From Octopus vulgaris (taxonomy: Eukaryota): a stretch of DNA of 64,000 nt. The translations under genes and the position numbers were made by a program. Of this stretch, positions 1-12,094 are shown one piece after another (position 1 is the stretch's first letter; every line of letters starts with the position of its first letter). The DNA is taken from the NCBI GenBank assembly GCA_951406725.2, contig OX597824.1, positions 59,582,001-59,646,000 of the forward strand, written 5' to 3'. The notes beneath the pieces were generated by a model. The model did no database searches. It was not told the origin of the DNA and worked only from the letters and a program-made list of their open reading frames with translations.

Positions 1-1035
1 TACTTTAAACTTGTTACACAAAAAGTACAAAAAACTACACGTGCAAAACAATTTAACACCAGAAATGAACGGACTGGTACCCTATGAAAATGATGACTGT
101 CAAAATAAAGAGCCGGACGTTGTTCCTCATGTCTCGCAAATAAAACCAAAAAATGCATAAATGGACACGTGAGGAGTATATCTCAATCCTACACGCTTAT
201 TATACAGCAGTGCTCTACCCAAAGAACGAAAACACAAAAACATATACATATAAAATCTGGAAGAAAAATAACATAAATAAAGACTTGGATACAACAATGA
301 ACCCTAATAAACTAGCTAACATACGAAGATACATACTTAAAATATATCTATAATATATATAGATAGAAATATAACATTTAAAAGGAAAAATAATTCAGGA
401 AAATGTAGATAGTAGCCACACAGCAATGCCAAATAATATAAGAACTGAGACAGTAAAACACGAAGACAGACGTAACATTTCCAACAAAAGCGAAGTAAAC
501 GACATAAGACAACAAACCCAGACCATAAGAATGTATAATGATGGGCAAAAGGCACCAAGCCAGAACACCACAGACAAACATATGAACGGGAAGGAAGGCG
601 AAACAAATCTAGAACCTGGAAACAGTGAAAGGGAACCTAATGATTATGATACTCTAAAAATGAGCATAATCAAAGAACTGAAAGCCACATATCTCAGTAT
701 GGACCACTGATTGTACCTCCCAAATATTAAAATAGATAATAAAACAACATCAATAATAAATAGTATGAATCTGGCCGTCACAGAACTAATAGCCACAGAA
801 ACAAATGTCAATATCACCGAGCTAAATGACATAATTTATGCAGCTGCCACTGTGGCCACAAAAGAAGCTGGAGTACCCCCCACTAAAAAAAAACGTGGAT
901 AAATAATATCTAGAAAAAATAGAAAACAAAAGAAAGGATCTGTCAATCCTTAACGAAACTAGTAGACAATCAACACTACTTAGCAACAAAAAGAGAACAA
1001 AAATACTGTGCAAATACAACATTACAGAAAAAGGG
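1..1035 (+). mobile_element. R4/Dong-clade LINE, N-terminal fragment (decayed)
   Basis: Closely similar to the N-terminal part of the Dong copy at 38520-41492 (HKWTREEYISILHAY..., TTSIINS.NLAVTELIATET...), with stops and frameshifts. Confidence 0.85.
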
Positions 1036-1039
1036 TCCA

Positions 1040-1470
1040 CCGAGCCGCTTTTGTTCCCTCTTGTCTCAGAGCATGTCCTTGACTCAGACTATGCAACTTT
1101 CTTGCTTGGCGTTGAAGTGTCAACACGTCATTTGCAATATCTTTCCTAAGCGCCTCTTCTAACTTTTACGCTAAATCATCCTCCAATCTATTTCTTTCTA
1201 CGGCTAAAACTTTGCTAAATCTGACTGATTCTACTTTGATGGACCCTTTTTGGTCTACACTACTAGTTATTGTTGATGATTGTCCCTGTCAAAGCTTTCT
1301 GAACTAACTCTTTAATCCTATCTCTGTAAGCTTGGCACGCTGAGATTGACGCGTTCAGCTTCCAGTAGCCGTGGCCCTGTCTACGTATGCTATCTAAGTC
1401 GACCTTACAGGTTACTCATTTGTGATCTGTGTAGCCGACGATTTGAAATTGTTGACATCTAATACTCTCC
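1040..1470 (+). mobile_element. Possible very decayed APE-type LINE RT fragment
   Basis: VADDLKLL at ~1432-1455 resembles YADDLKL; weak GP..Y-like and FAK.D-like remnants upstream. Confidence 0.3.
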
Positions 1471-1474
1471 CTGT

Positions 1475-2832
1475 CTAAAGACCTGCAAAATTCTCTGCGG
1501 TTTTCCCATGTCCACATTGACACACTCGGGAAATCCAGTCGGACAGTTGAAACTGTCTGAGCAGGTTTGCGAGGCTTTTGCAATCCCCTTTCCTATCTGT
1601 TTGAATCACACAGTCCAATTGTGCATCTAAGATGGCATTGAAATCAACCATTAACACTAAAGGTAGCGACGAACCCAGGAAGACCCTCCAGACGCCTGAA
1701 GCATTCCGGCTATCCTGCACCTGTCAGTGCGTAAACAGCCAGCAGCCTGAAGGCCCCATCGTCACTCCCTTTCACGTCCAGGACCATCGGCTTCCCTTCT
1801 GGGTCCAATAAGACTTACGTTATTTCAACATCCAGACCTTTCTGAAACAATACCTCAGTACCCCCACCACTCATTCTCCACCGACACGGAGATGCATATA
1901 TCTTGTAGTCATCGAAAATGGGCACGAAAGCTCGCGGTTCGGTTAGTCTGGATCCAGTAATGACTATTACATCTATTCCTCGTGGCCTCAGGTCTTTCAA
2001 TAGGCAACCTTGTTTCCAAGGGGACCCAGGCCACATATGTTTATGCAATCTATTTTGAGTATGACCATTTTAGTGGCTGGTAAGAAGAAAAAGGAGAGGA
2101 CTACTTACCATTAGCACTCTGGGGTGGTAGCGGAGCAGATGTCCCGCCCCTTAAGTGGGATGTGGTGGTCTCCATAACCAGGGGTTTATAGAGTCTCCAG
2201 GACACTTTCGTGTTGAAGCCTCTAATCACCTGTGGAAATTTGGATTTTATGTTGCTCTATGTATGTTGCGATGCTCGAGGTATGTGTGTGTGATGGCGGT
2301 GTGTTATTCGGGGAGAAAACAAAGTCAGTCATTTTGATGTCTGTATATTTCTTTATGTTTAATAGTAAGTTTGTGTTGTCTGTGTTTATTGCAGTGAATT
2401 TTGTGATGTTTTTTTGTTGTTTTCGCTTACTTTTTGTGTTGACCCTGTTGTTCCTTATACTGTTGGCTATGACTGTGGATTTGGTGGTGATGGTATTGGT
2501 GAATATGTTGGAAGCATGGGTGTTGGTGTGGTGTTGTTTTCGAGTGATTTTGATTGCGTTTTGGGAGATACAGCTTCTTTGTTTATTAGTGTGCTGTTGC
2601 GACTTTTTCTTTGTCTTTTACATGTGACTTCTGTCCGCTCAATTCTGTCGGCCTCTCCGCACGACATATCTGAGTGGTCAGAGTTGGGAAGGGGTAGTTC
2701 CAGTAAGTCGAAATTTGCTGGTGTTTTTTGCTCCTCTGGCGAAGCGGGGTTGTTGGTGTTCTTGTAGACGCTGTGGTGGTGGTGTGGTCAGCGCTTCTAT
2801 TATTGTTGGCGTTGTCTCTCGTGTAGTTGTTG

Positions 2833-2864
<32 letters not shown>

Positions 2865-4150
2865 GGTCGTCGTCGTCGTCGTCGTCGTCGTAGTGTTTTT
2901 GCTGGAGCCCCCTTCCTTTATTTTCTTAAGGTTTCTTCTCTTGTTAGGGCTGCTTTTGCTGTTGGGGTTTGCTTCTGTAGTTGGGGTTGCTTCAGTTGTT
3001 GTGGTGTCGGTGGTGCTTGTGTCAAGGAGGTAATTCCCACCTTATGTTTTAGTTGTGGGCAGAAGGCTTTCAAGTTGATTATTCTATCCGCATTGATAAG
3101 ATCTTGGCCTTCTGCTCTCAACTGCGACGTTCAGCATAGTGCCATCTGGTCAGGAATTTGTTCCAAAGGTCTTGGACCATTATTTGCAATGCCTGACCAG
3201 TCCAGTTGTTTTTTTCTTGTTTCTCGACTTTAATGATTCTGATTTTATCTTCCAAGACGAGGAAAACGGCTGTGACAATCCAGTAAGCGTTGATTTCTGG
3301 TGGTATCTCCAGTATTTTTATCTTGGCGACGCGCCGTTCAAGTACGTTGGAACTAGAACAAGTTCACTGTTTCTCAGCGGAGCTGTTGAGTGCTGTTTGC
3401 CACGTATTCTGTAGCAAATCTGAGTTCAATTCTGCCATATTTCTTACCCCTCGACAGATATGTTACGTCTTTCCAAATGGGTTGCAAGCATTTTTCAACT
3501 GCTTTGTAACAGTTTCTAAACGTCTATTTTTTAAAGATATAGTTTTGTACACTATGGTACGTTTGATTATCTATAATATCTTGAGGTACGTTTATCGAAA
3601 CACATATTTCGCTTTTTCTTTTTAAAATGTTTCTGTAGTCTTTAAGAAAATCTACAGAAATATTATTTCTAGGTTTTGTCATTGCAGCAGAACCTCGGCT
3701 ATTTAATGCACTGAGCTGTTATTGTTGTTGTTGTTGTTGAGTGTTCAATGTGTTAGTGTTAGTGGTGGTAGTGGGAGGGCTTGGATTCACAGGTGTTCTT
3801 TGCTCTTTTCCTCTTCTTTCACGCGTTTCTTTTCTTCTTTTTACTTCTGTTACTCAGCGTTGCACATACTAGCAAGACTTTGATCGTCCCCCGCTCTGCC
3901 TTTTAAGGCGTGGAGTGGGCGGAGAAAATTAATCTTTAAACCTTTTTGGTTGTCTTCCGACAGCAGAATGGGGAAATCAGAAGGGAAGAAAGAGTTAACA
4001 CTCTTTTCCAAGGACATTTTTACAAATTTTAAAATTGAAAAAAATGAAAAAAGAGGAGAGTTTAAATTTAAAATTCGCCCCAAGACTCCCGGCCTAACCA
4101 CTCAGCTTAGCAAGAGCCCAATCGGCCTGACCATAAAAATGATGTAAAAA
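1475..4150 (-). mobile_element. L1/Tx1-type LINE: decayed ORF1 plus start of ORF2 (APE endonuclease)
   Basis: ORF2 ATG at 2068: MVILKIDCINICGLG..WKQGCLLKDLR...GGGTEVLF...AVYALTGAG...LVLMVDFNAILD; ORF1 remnant with zinc-knuckle-like VESRRPRSYQCG...LKAFCP, ending KPLVME...ANGK* at 2101. Confidence 0.8.
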
Positions 4151-4283
4151 ATTTTCAGATGCAACAATATTATCTGTGAAAATTAAACAAAAACTTACAG
4201 CTCACGAACACACGTCCTTCCTCTCTGAAATCCACGAGCAGTTTCAATATAATAATAAAAATATATAATAATAAAAATATAAA

Positions 4284-4420
<137 letters not shown>

Positions 4421-4423
4421 TAA

Positions 4424-5016
4424 TTGCCCTGATGCAGTACCTTGCCCTGATGCAGTACATTGCCCTGATGCAGTACCAGGCAGTGGCTCTCATGGCTTCT
4501 GATCTTAACTGATTGGAAGTGTTATCATGTACATTGTTTTGTCTTGGTATAAAAGATGGGCTACAGTAAATATTCTGCTCAATACCACAGATTTGTTTGT
4601 CAGTTGTTTGACCTTAACCAGTTGAGCATGTCCCTTAGTGGCTGACGAAATGTGCATCTCTGATCACGAGCAGAAGTAGTGGGGGAGCATCATAGCCATG
4701 TGTTGAGAGGAATTCTTTGGAGTTTGAATAATTCACCTTTGGAAACATGGGTGTTTCGTTCAACATCCTTAAACGACCCTTATTCAGGGACCGTTTGAGC
4801 AGGATGGGTTACTCAACCAGAAGAAAATTCTAACTGGGCCCCACCTGCAAGGTCATGTGCTGTTTATCTTGATATGAGATCACCATGTCGTGCACATGTG
4901 GTTGTGATGCATGTGCCTGGTGTACCCTTATCAGCTGGGTAGTCATGATGGGTATACTGGGCTTCATGTATTTGTACCGCAGCACCATTTTGATGGAGAG
5001 CGATGCTGTCTCACTC
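4424..5016 (+). mobile_element. ~600-bp non-coding interspersed element in (TAA)n (putative non-autonomous retroelement)
   Basis: Four related copies in window; starts TGCCCTGATGCAGTACCAGGCA (first 18 nt tripled here) and ends ...CTCACTC|AATA; no coding capacity recognised. Confidence 0.8.
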
Positions 5017-5233
5017 AATACTATTACTAATAATAAAGCAAAAGAATTGTGGTAGATGTTTATAGTTGCTCACAGCAAAAAGTAATGACAAAAATCATCT
5101 ATTCCCATATACATACACACGCGCGCGCACACACAACACATACACAGACACATACATATATGTTCACGCACGCACACACAGACAAACACTCGTAAACATT
5201 CCCACACACATATGTATATATATTCACATCCAT

Positions 5234-5301
<68 letters not shown>

Positions 5302-5309
5302 ATTAAATC

Positions 5310-5493
5310 TCCAAATTTACCACAAAACCCGTCACTCAGAGTTTCACGTTCTCGTTCGTCGGGCAGTTGTTATGACAGGAACGTGAAAATCTGAGTAATA
5401 GTTTTTCTGATAATTTTCAGCTTTAAAAAAACATATTACTAAACCTTTGGAATTCGAGTACTATTTTTCGACCTTGTTTTCCACCTATGTTCT

Positions 5494-5500
<7 letters not shown>
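5310..5500. mobile_element. Small PLE terminal remnant with short inversion and hammerhead-like motif
   Basis: Minus strand CCGACGA-ACG-AGAA-CGT-GAAA-CTCTGAG-TG; partial inverted copy on plus (gaacgtgaaaatctgagta); follows a (TA)n tract. Confidence 0.55.
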
Positions 5501-5545
<45 letters not shown>

Positions 5546-5591
5546 TGTGTGTGTGTCTGTCTGTGTGTGTGTGTGTGTGTATGTGTGTGTG

Positions 5592-6870
5592 TTGGGTCAT
5601 CACTTAAATAATGCGTTTATACTTCTTTTATTTTTCAAAATTTAGATAAACAAAGATTTTTTAAAATCTAAAATATACTCTCCTTCATTTCCCACAATGC
5701 TCTTCCGTCTATTCGCTGGACATGCAAAGTACCCTCTTCCAAAATTCACTTGTCCGTGACGAAAAATACTCCTCCAATACTGTTCTAACCTCTACCTTAG
5801 AAGTCATATTGTTTCCATCCAAATGATTTTGAAGATTGCAGAATAAATGATAATCAGATGAGGCAATGTCCTGCGAATATCGTGGGTGGGACATCGTTTC
5901 CCATTCAAACTGCTCCAGCCTTTGGAATGCCATCTTCTCTGTATGTGGCCGAGTATTACCCTGATGGAATAATACCTTTCGTTTGGAATCATAGACAGTT
6001 GTTTTTCTTCTATCGCTGACTTAAGCCGTTCAAACTGCCCGCAGTAGATGTCTTTGTTATCGTTTGTTTGGGGTTTAAAAGTTTCAAGTAGACTAAATCA
6101 TACTTATCCTACCAAACAGATAACACTTTCCGTGGGTGAAGACTTTTTTTGCCTGGGTGCCGATGTTTCTCCTTTCCGTACCCACTGTCTTCGGCGCTTG
6201 ACATTTTAGTAGAGAACCCATGTTTCGTCATCAGTTACTATTTCGTCCAAAAAAATGTTCATTCGTGAGATGTGACAGCAGAGAATTGCACACATTCACT
6301 CTCTGTGCACGATTAGACTCGGAAAGTTTGTGAGAAACACTTTGACCAAATTTGTTGGTTTTTGTCGATGAATGCTTGAATAACCAAATCCAAGCTTTGC
6401 TGCTAGTTCCTCAACAGTTACGATGAGATTTTGTTCCACAAGGGTTTCCAGGAGGTCCTCCTCGAGCTCTACGTATCTTCCAGGATGAGGCACGCCTTCT
6501 ATGCTGTAGTTTGGGCTCGGAACTACTATTGACATTGGCTTGCCCTTATTATCATTGACACTGGCTACCCCTTATTGTCCGATCCCCATAAAATGCATTA
6601 ATATTCCTCGTAATTTCCATTGCGCTGATGCCTTTATTGAATTCATAAAACGAAATATGCCGAATATGCTCCTTTGTCACTTCCATTATAGCTTTGAAAA
6701 AATAACTGTTAAAACCGAACTGAACTCTTCAAAACTTGTATTAGGAATAAGTACAAGATAAAATTACTACCTGCTTTTATAACAAGTTGATGCAGGTAGT
6801 TTATCCTGTCCCCCTCCGACTTTCAGTTCATGCAATTGAAAAAGCCGCATTATTTACCAGATGATCCTAT
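5592..6870 (-). mobile_element. mariner (DD34D) transposon, decayed
   Basis: Imperfect TIRs gggtcatcacttaaataatgcg / cgcattatttaccagatgatcc; IVTDDETWV and HPRYSQDIASSDYHLF motifs. Confidence 0.85.
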
Positions 6871-6878
6871 ATATATAT

Positions 6879-6922
<44 letters not shown>

Positions 6923-7039
6923 AGACAGATACAAGTTTTCCCTAAAACTTATTCACTTATTGATGTTTATAAAACCAGTATTTATTAAAATACATTTTTT
7001 AAAAAAATGTAATAGAAACGATTTGTTTGATGTATGCCT

Positions 7040-7920
7040 ATTTCAAACTGATTTATTCTGGTCTAGCCCCAAGAAATGGAGTCGCAAACATCAAGGAACG
7101 TTTCACTCGTTATTTCAGGGTATTCTCGTTCTATAGGTGTCCGCCAATTCGTCGTCTGTTGCCGACTTTGTACAGTAAACTTTATTATCCCCATAAAACA
7201 TTCGAGTGTTGTGAAGTCCGGTGGCAAAATCTGAAGGTAGGCCTTTAGATTACTATATTAGTGCTTGTGAGAAGTACCACATCTTGGAAGTAAAGCTCCA
7301 AATTTTGGAAGTCCTCTTGAATGCTTGATATAACAGAGTGTTGCATCAGTTTCAAGTAAGTAGGACAAGTAAATAAATAACGGTCCAGTTTGCGAACAAA
7401 ACCTACCATACTGTAAACACCCGGTAAATTAACATGATTTTCTTCCGAAATATGTGGATTTTCAGGTCTGCAGTACATGTTGTTGTGTCAGTTGATTGAA
7501 CTATTTGGTTTAAATGTAGTCTCATCACTCTAAACTTTCTTGGAAAGTGTGCATTTTCTGAACGTCTTGCCAAGCACCACTCGCAAAACTCCACTTTTCG
7601 GATGGAATCATTTTCAGTGTGAGATTGGACTGTGGTTGGAATGTAACTTTTCCAATAGCAGTGCTTCAAATGCGAAAGACGCTTGATTATGAGATTTCTA
7701 ATTCAAGTTACACTTGTCGCAGGTTTTCTGGAATACTGACAATAAGTTACTAGTACCCGTTCACGTTTTGCGGGACACGACAATGTCTGCGGTCTTCCCG
7801 ATCTTTTATTCTGGACAATCTGAAAAGTACTATCTGCTCTAAGAATTATTTCTAATTCGAGAGATGGTTAGTTTCGAAGACGGATCTGACTAAAGCTTCC
7901 TCTTAAGCTGGTTGTACTTC
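7040..7920 (-). mobile_element. Tc1/mariner superfamily (rosa/maT-like) transposase remnant
   Basis: RKVEFCEWCL, ENPHI.EENHVNLPGV fragments, homologous to the element at 14320-15205. Confidence 0.65.
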
Positions 7921-8250
7921 GACTGTAATATATATGTAATATACGTATATATGTATATGTATATATAATATTCGCATGAATGCATTTTGATTTGCAACCT
8001 TTCTTTTTCTTTAAGTCTTTTTTTTTTATCGCCTAGGTTTTACACTCTCCCCGGACAAAATTACCTCTCTAATTTTAGGGCCTTAATTTGGGTGTCTTAT
8101 AAATACTTTTATTCTCATTCTCATTCTAACAATGTCTTCAACGCGAATTGTTCTCTTTCTATTTTGTTTCCGATTTTGTCAATCAATTATCTCTTATACT
8201 AATTTTATACACCTAATCACCGGTTTAATACGCCAATATTTCACGTTGCT

Positions 8251-8302
<52 letters not shown>

Positions 8303-9184
8303 TCATATATATATATGTATGCATGTATATGTATATATATAAATTTCCTTAATGTCTTTATTTTTCTTGATAGATTCTTTTAAAACCAATCCCCATTCAT
8401 ACTTTGTAAAAGTTGTAAAAGTACTCATCGTCGATAAATATGTTTTAATTATTTCCCTTTCATCAAAACTATTACATTTTCTGAAACACTGCTTTATTCC
8501 GTTTTTTCTTCAATAATTTATGTCAAATTAATGTTGACACTTGTTTCTGCTTTATATTCCTTAGTATTTTAGGTTTTCTAGTGTGAATTTCATTTCCCTC
8601 AGTTTTCATTTATTACTCACCCAATAAGTGTTGATTTCTTTACTGAATTTATCATTATTTGCTTTTTGCTATGAAAGAGGTCATCTTATTGGAACTGACT
8701 GTGTCTTGAGGAAAGAAGATATTTCAGGCGCAAGAGATGCGAGGGGTTACGTACCAATAATTTAGAGATGACTATCCCAAGAATAGGTGGAGGGCAAGGT
8801 GTGTGCCACGGGAGATGGATAGTCGAGGATTCATAGATCTCGCCTTCAGTAGGTCCTACAAGCATGTGGGTATTACAGGAATGCGTAAAAGAGCCTCCAA
8901 GAACAGCGTAGTATCTGCTGAGGCATCTAGATAGCTCTGATTGAGTTCGAAAACGCTGCTTGAACACAAGCCTAGGCTTGTTCAATCTAGGTCAAGTATC
9001 CTGGCTGAAGTTGCATGTTGTAAGACCTGAAGCAACTTGTGACCCCATAACTAAATTCTGACGATGTGTCCAGGTATTGCATTTATAAATGTATGTGAAA
9101 TTGCGCTCACTTCTTTCTGTAATAAGTTAAGTTGTTTTTTTTAACTACTTCCTTGTTATTTATCAATATGTATGTCTAAAGTAG

Positions 9185-9830
9185 GGCGGCGAGCTGGTAG
9201 AAACGTTAGCACGCCAGGCGAAATTTCACTTCTTGTGCCTATTGTCGAAAGGATTTATATTTTTATATTGGCAGAATCGTTAGCACGCCGGGCGAAATGC
9301 GTAGCCGTATTTCGTTTCCCGCTACGTTCTGAGTTCAAATTCCGCCGAGGTCGACTTTGCCTTTCATCCTTTCGGGGTCGATTAAATAATATACCAGTTA
9401 CGCACTGGTGTCCATGTAACCGACTTAATCCGTTTGTCTGTCCTTGTTTGTCCTCTCTGTGTTTAGCCCCTTGTGGGTAGTAAAGAAATTGGTATTTCGT
9501 CTCCCGCTACGATCTGAGTTCAAATTCCGCCGAGGTCAACTTTGCCTTTCATCCTTTCGGGGTCGATAAATTAAGTACCAGTTACGCACTGGGGTCGATA
9601 TAATCGACTTAATCCGTTTGTCTGTCCTTGTTTGTCCTGTCTGTGTTTAGCCTCTTGTGGGTACTAAAGAAATGGGTATTTAGACTGTCTTTACGTTCTG
9701 AATTCAAATTCCGTCGAGGTCGACTTTGCCTTTCACCCTTTCGGGGTCGATAAATTAAGTACTGGGGTAAATCAAATCGACTGGGCTCCTCCCCCAAAAT
9801 TTCGGGCCTTGTGCCTAGAGTAGAAAAGAA
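9185..9830 (+). mobile_element. tRNA-derived octopus-type SINE with tandemly repeated ~185-bp core
   Basis: GGCGGCGAGCTGG head; B-box-like GAGTTCAAATTCC; core module repeated at ~9307, 9492, 9677. Confidence 0.85.
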
Positions 9831-10372
9831 TATGTATATCTAAACTATTTCATTTATGAACTCTAGATCCCACACAGTATTGTTCTTTTTCTCTTAGTCA
9901 ACCTTTTTACTGTTCTTTTTCTTAATGAATTTACTTCTCTATTTTCTAAGCCATACATTATTTTATATGAATATGTAACTTTGTTTAGAAATTAATCAAG
10001 TTCCATTGTCTGTCATATGTATCAGGGTGACCTTTCTCCATTATCATTTATACACTAAATTATCAATATTCATTCGCATGCTCGATTAATTTCATAAGTG
10101 TTTCACAACGGTTTCTATATTTACTTAATTATCTGTAGTGAGTATGTATGTCCAGGCCTGTCTACACATTTGCATATGCTGATGTATACACACACACATA
10201 TGTATGTTTAACATTTATGTGTGAGTGTGTGGGCGTGTATGATTGTATGTGTACGTGTACTTCTTCGTATATAGTGTAGCGGGTATCTATTTATCTATTA
10301 ATCCCCCTCTGTATGTATGTATGCATGTATGTATGTATGTATGTAAGTATGTATGTATTTATGTATGTATGC

Positions 10373-10408
<36 letters not shown>

Positions 10409-10411
10409 ATA

Positions 10412-11573
10412 CAGGGGTTGATCAAAATAACGGAAACACCTAGCATCATAGCATCATAATTTTGAAATATCTATAAAACTATCACAACCTTGTTTATTTT
10501 TATGTTTTTTTATTAATTATTAGTGTTGCTTAATATATTTTGCTAAGATTACTGTTTCGTTTCAGATATCATCAGAAAAAGGTAATTAAAATTCATTAAA
10601 ATGACAGATCTATCGGACTTTCATAGAGGTCAAATTGTTGGTGGTCGTATGGCAGGCGCTAGCGTAACAAAAACAACCGAAATGTTTGGTGTATCAAGAA
10701 GTACTGTCTCGAAAGTAATGACAGTCCTTGGGAAAGAGGGAAAAACTCCTCGTCGAAACAAAACTCCGGAAGAAAACCAAAACTTTCAGATAAGGACCGA
10801 CGGACTCTTACGCGAATTGTTAGAAAGGATCACGAACGTACAGCTCCCAAAATTACTGAAGAGCTTAATGACCACCTCGAGAACCCAGTTTCCACAAAAA
10901 CTGTTCACCGGGAGCTGCACAAAGCCGGATTTCACGGGAGGGCTGCAATCAGAAAACCACTACTTTCAAAAACAAACGTTGCAAAGCGTTTAGAGTGGAG
11001 TAAAAACCTACAGAATTGGTCCCTAGAGCAGTGCAAGAATGTTATTTTCTCGGACGAGTCATCCTTTACTCTATTTCCGACCACCGGCCGAGTATACGTG
11101 TGGAGACAGCCAAAAGAAGCATTTGACCGAGACTGCCTTCTCCCAACTGTTAAACGTGGAGGAGGATCTGTGATGATTCGGTGGGCTATGTCTTGGAAAT
11201 CCTTCCGGAGGTAAACGAAATATTTCAGTATGATAGTGCACCAATTCACACAGCTAAAGTTGTTACTGAATGGCATGAGGAACATTCTAGGGAAGTTGAA
11301 CATCTTATCTGGCCACCACAGTCCCCAGATCTCAATATTATTGAACATTTATGGTCCATTTAAGAAAAACAAGTAAGGAGTCGATATCCTCCACCATCAA
11401 GACTGTTTTAGCTGAAGAATGGACAAAAATTCCTTTGGAAACAATTCAAACTTTGTACGAGTCCATACCACATAGAATCCAAGCTGTAATTACTGCCAAA
11501 GGCGGTCCTACCTCATATTAAAATAAATTTGTTTCAAATTTTAAGGTGTTTCCATTATTTTGTCCAACCCCTG
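10412..11573 (+). mobile_element. Tc1 (DD34E) transposon, frameshifted and internally deleted
   Basis: TIRs CAGGGGTTG..CAAAATAA.GGAAACACC; left TA present; VIFSDESSF, FQYDSAPIH, WPPQSPDLNIIEHLW. Confidence 0.92.
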
Positions 11574-12070
11574 TGAAAAGTAAGTAGGCATTAAAATTGG
11601 TAATAAAATCCTTATTCCTTTTACAAATTTATTGAAACAAATTATACGGTCTTTATTACATGGGGAAATGAAACTATATCTTCATATTTCAACGTAAGCA
11701 CCGGTGGCGTCAACCTGTTTGCTCAAACGGCCAGAGATGGAATGAACAACCTTCTGTAGGACGTCGTCTGGGATATCATTGAATCTCCAGAATCCGTGTC
11801 TCCAAACCTTCCAGCGTGCGAGGTTTTGTCTTGTATTGTCTTGTACACCTTTTTTGTGTAACCCCACAGGCAAAAGTCACAAGGCGTGAGATCTGGATTT
11901 CTTTAGCCCCTGCACGTAATGGGGTTTCTACGGGCGAAAATTGAATTCTTTATTCAACACCGTATGTATTGTGTATTTTGTCAGTCTACTTTCACGAGCT
12001 GCTTGACGCGTTGATTTTAGTAACAAAAAATTCTGTAACTTCTAATGCCTACTTACTTTCCACCAACCTT
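11574..12070 (-). mobile_element. Internally deleted rosa/maT-like Tc1-mariner element
   Basis: TIR aaagtaagtaggcatt / aatgcctacttacttt; NPDLTPCDFCLWGY and C-terminal ...DATGAYVEI*. Confidence 0.75.
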
Positions 12071-12094
12071 GTATACACACATATAAAAAGGTAA

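Noticed and set aside
4460-4520. HDV-like or hammerhead ribozyme at the 5' end of the 600-bp element
   Set aside because: CTGATGC is not a hammerhead core, and I could not build the HDV P3/L3/P1.1 elements; only an imperfect GCCCTGA/TCATGGC pairing
8686-8985. 99-aa ORF in non-microsatellite sequence
   Set aside because: No recognisable motif or splice context; probably unassigned TE debris
9185-9345. tRNA gene (also at 25733 and 59137)
   Set aside because: Only SINE heads with A/B-box-like motifs; no complete cloverleaf
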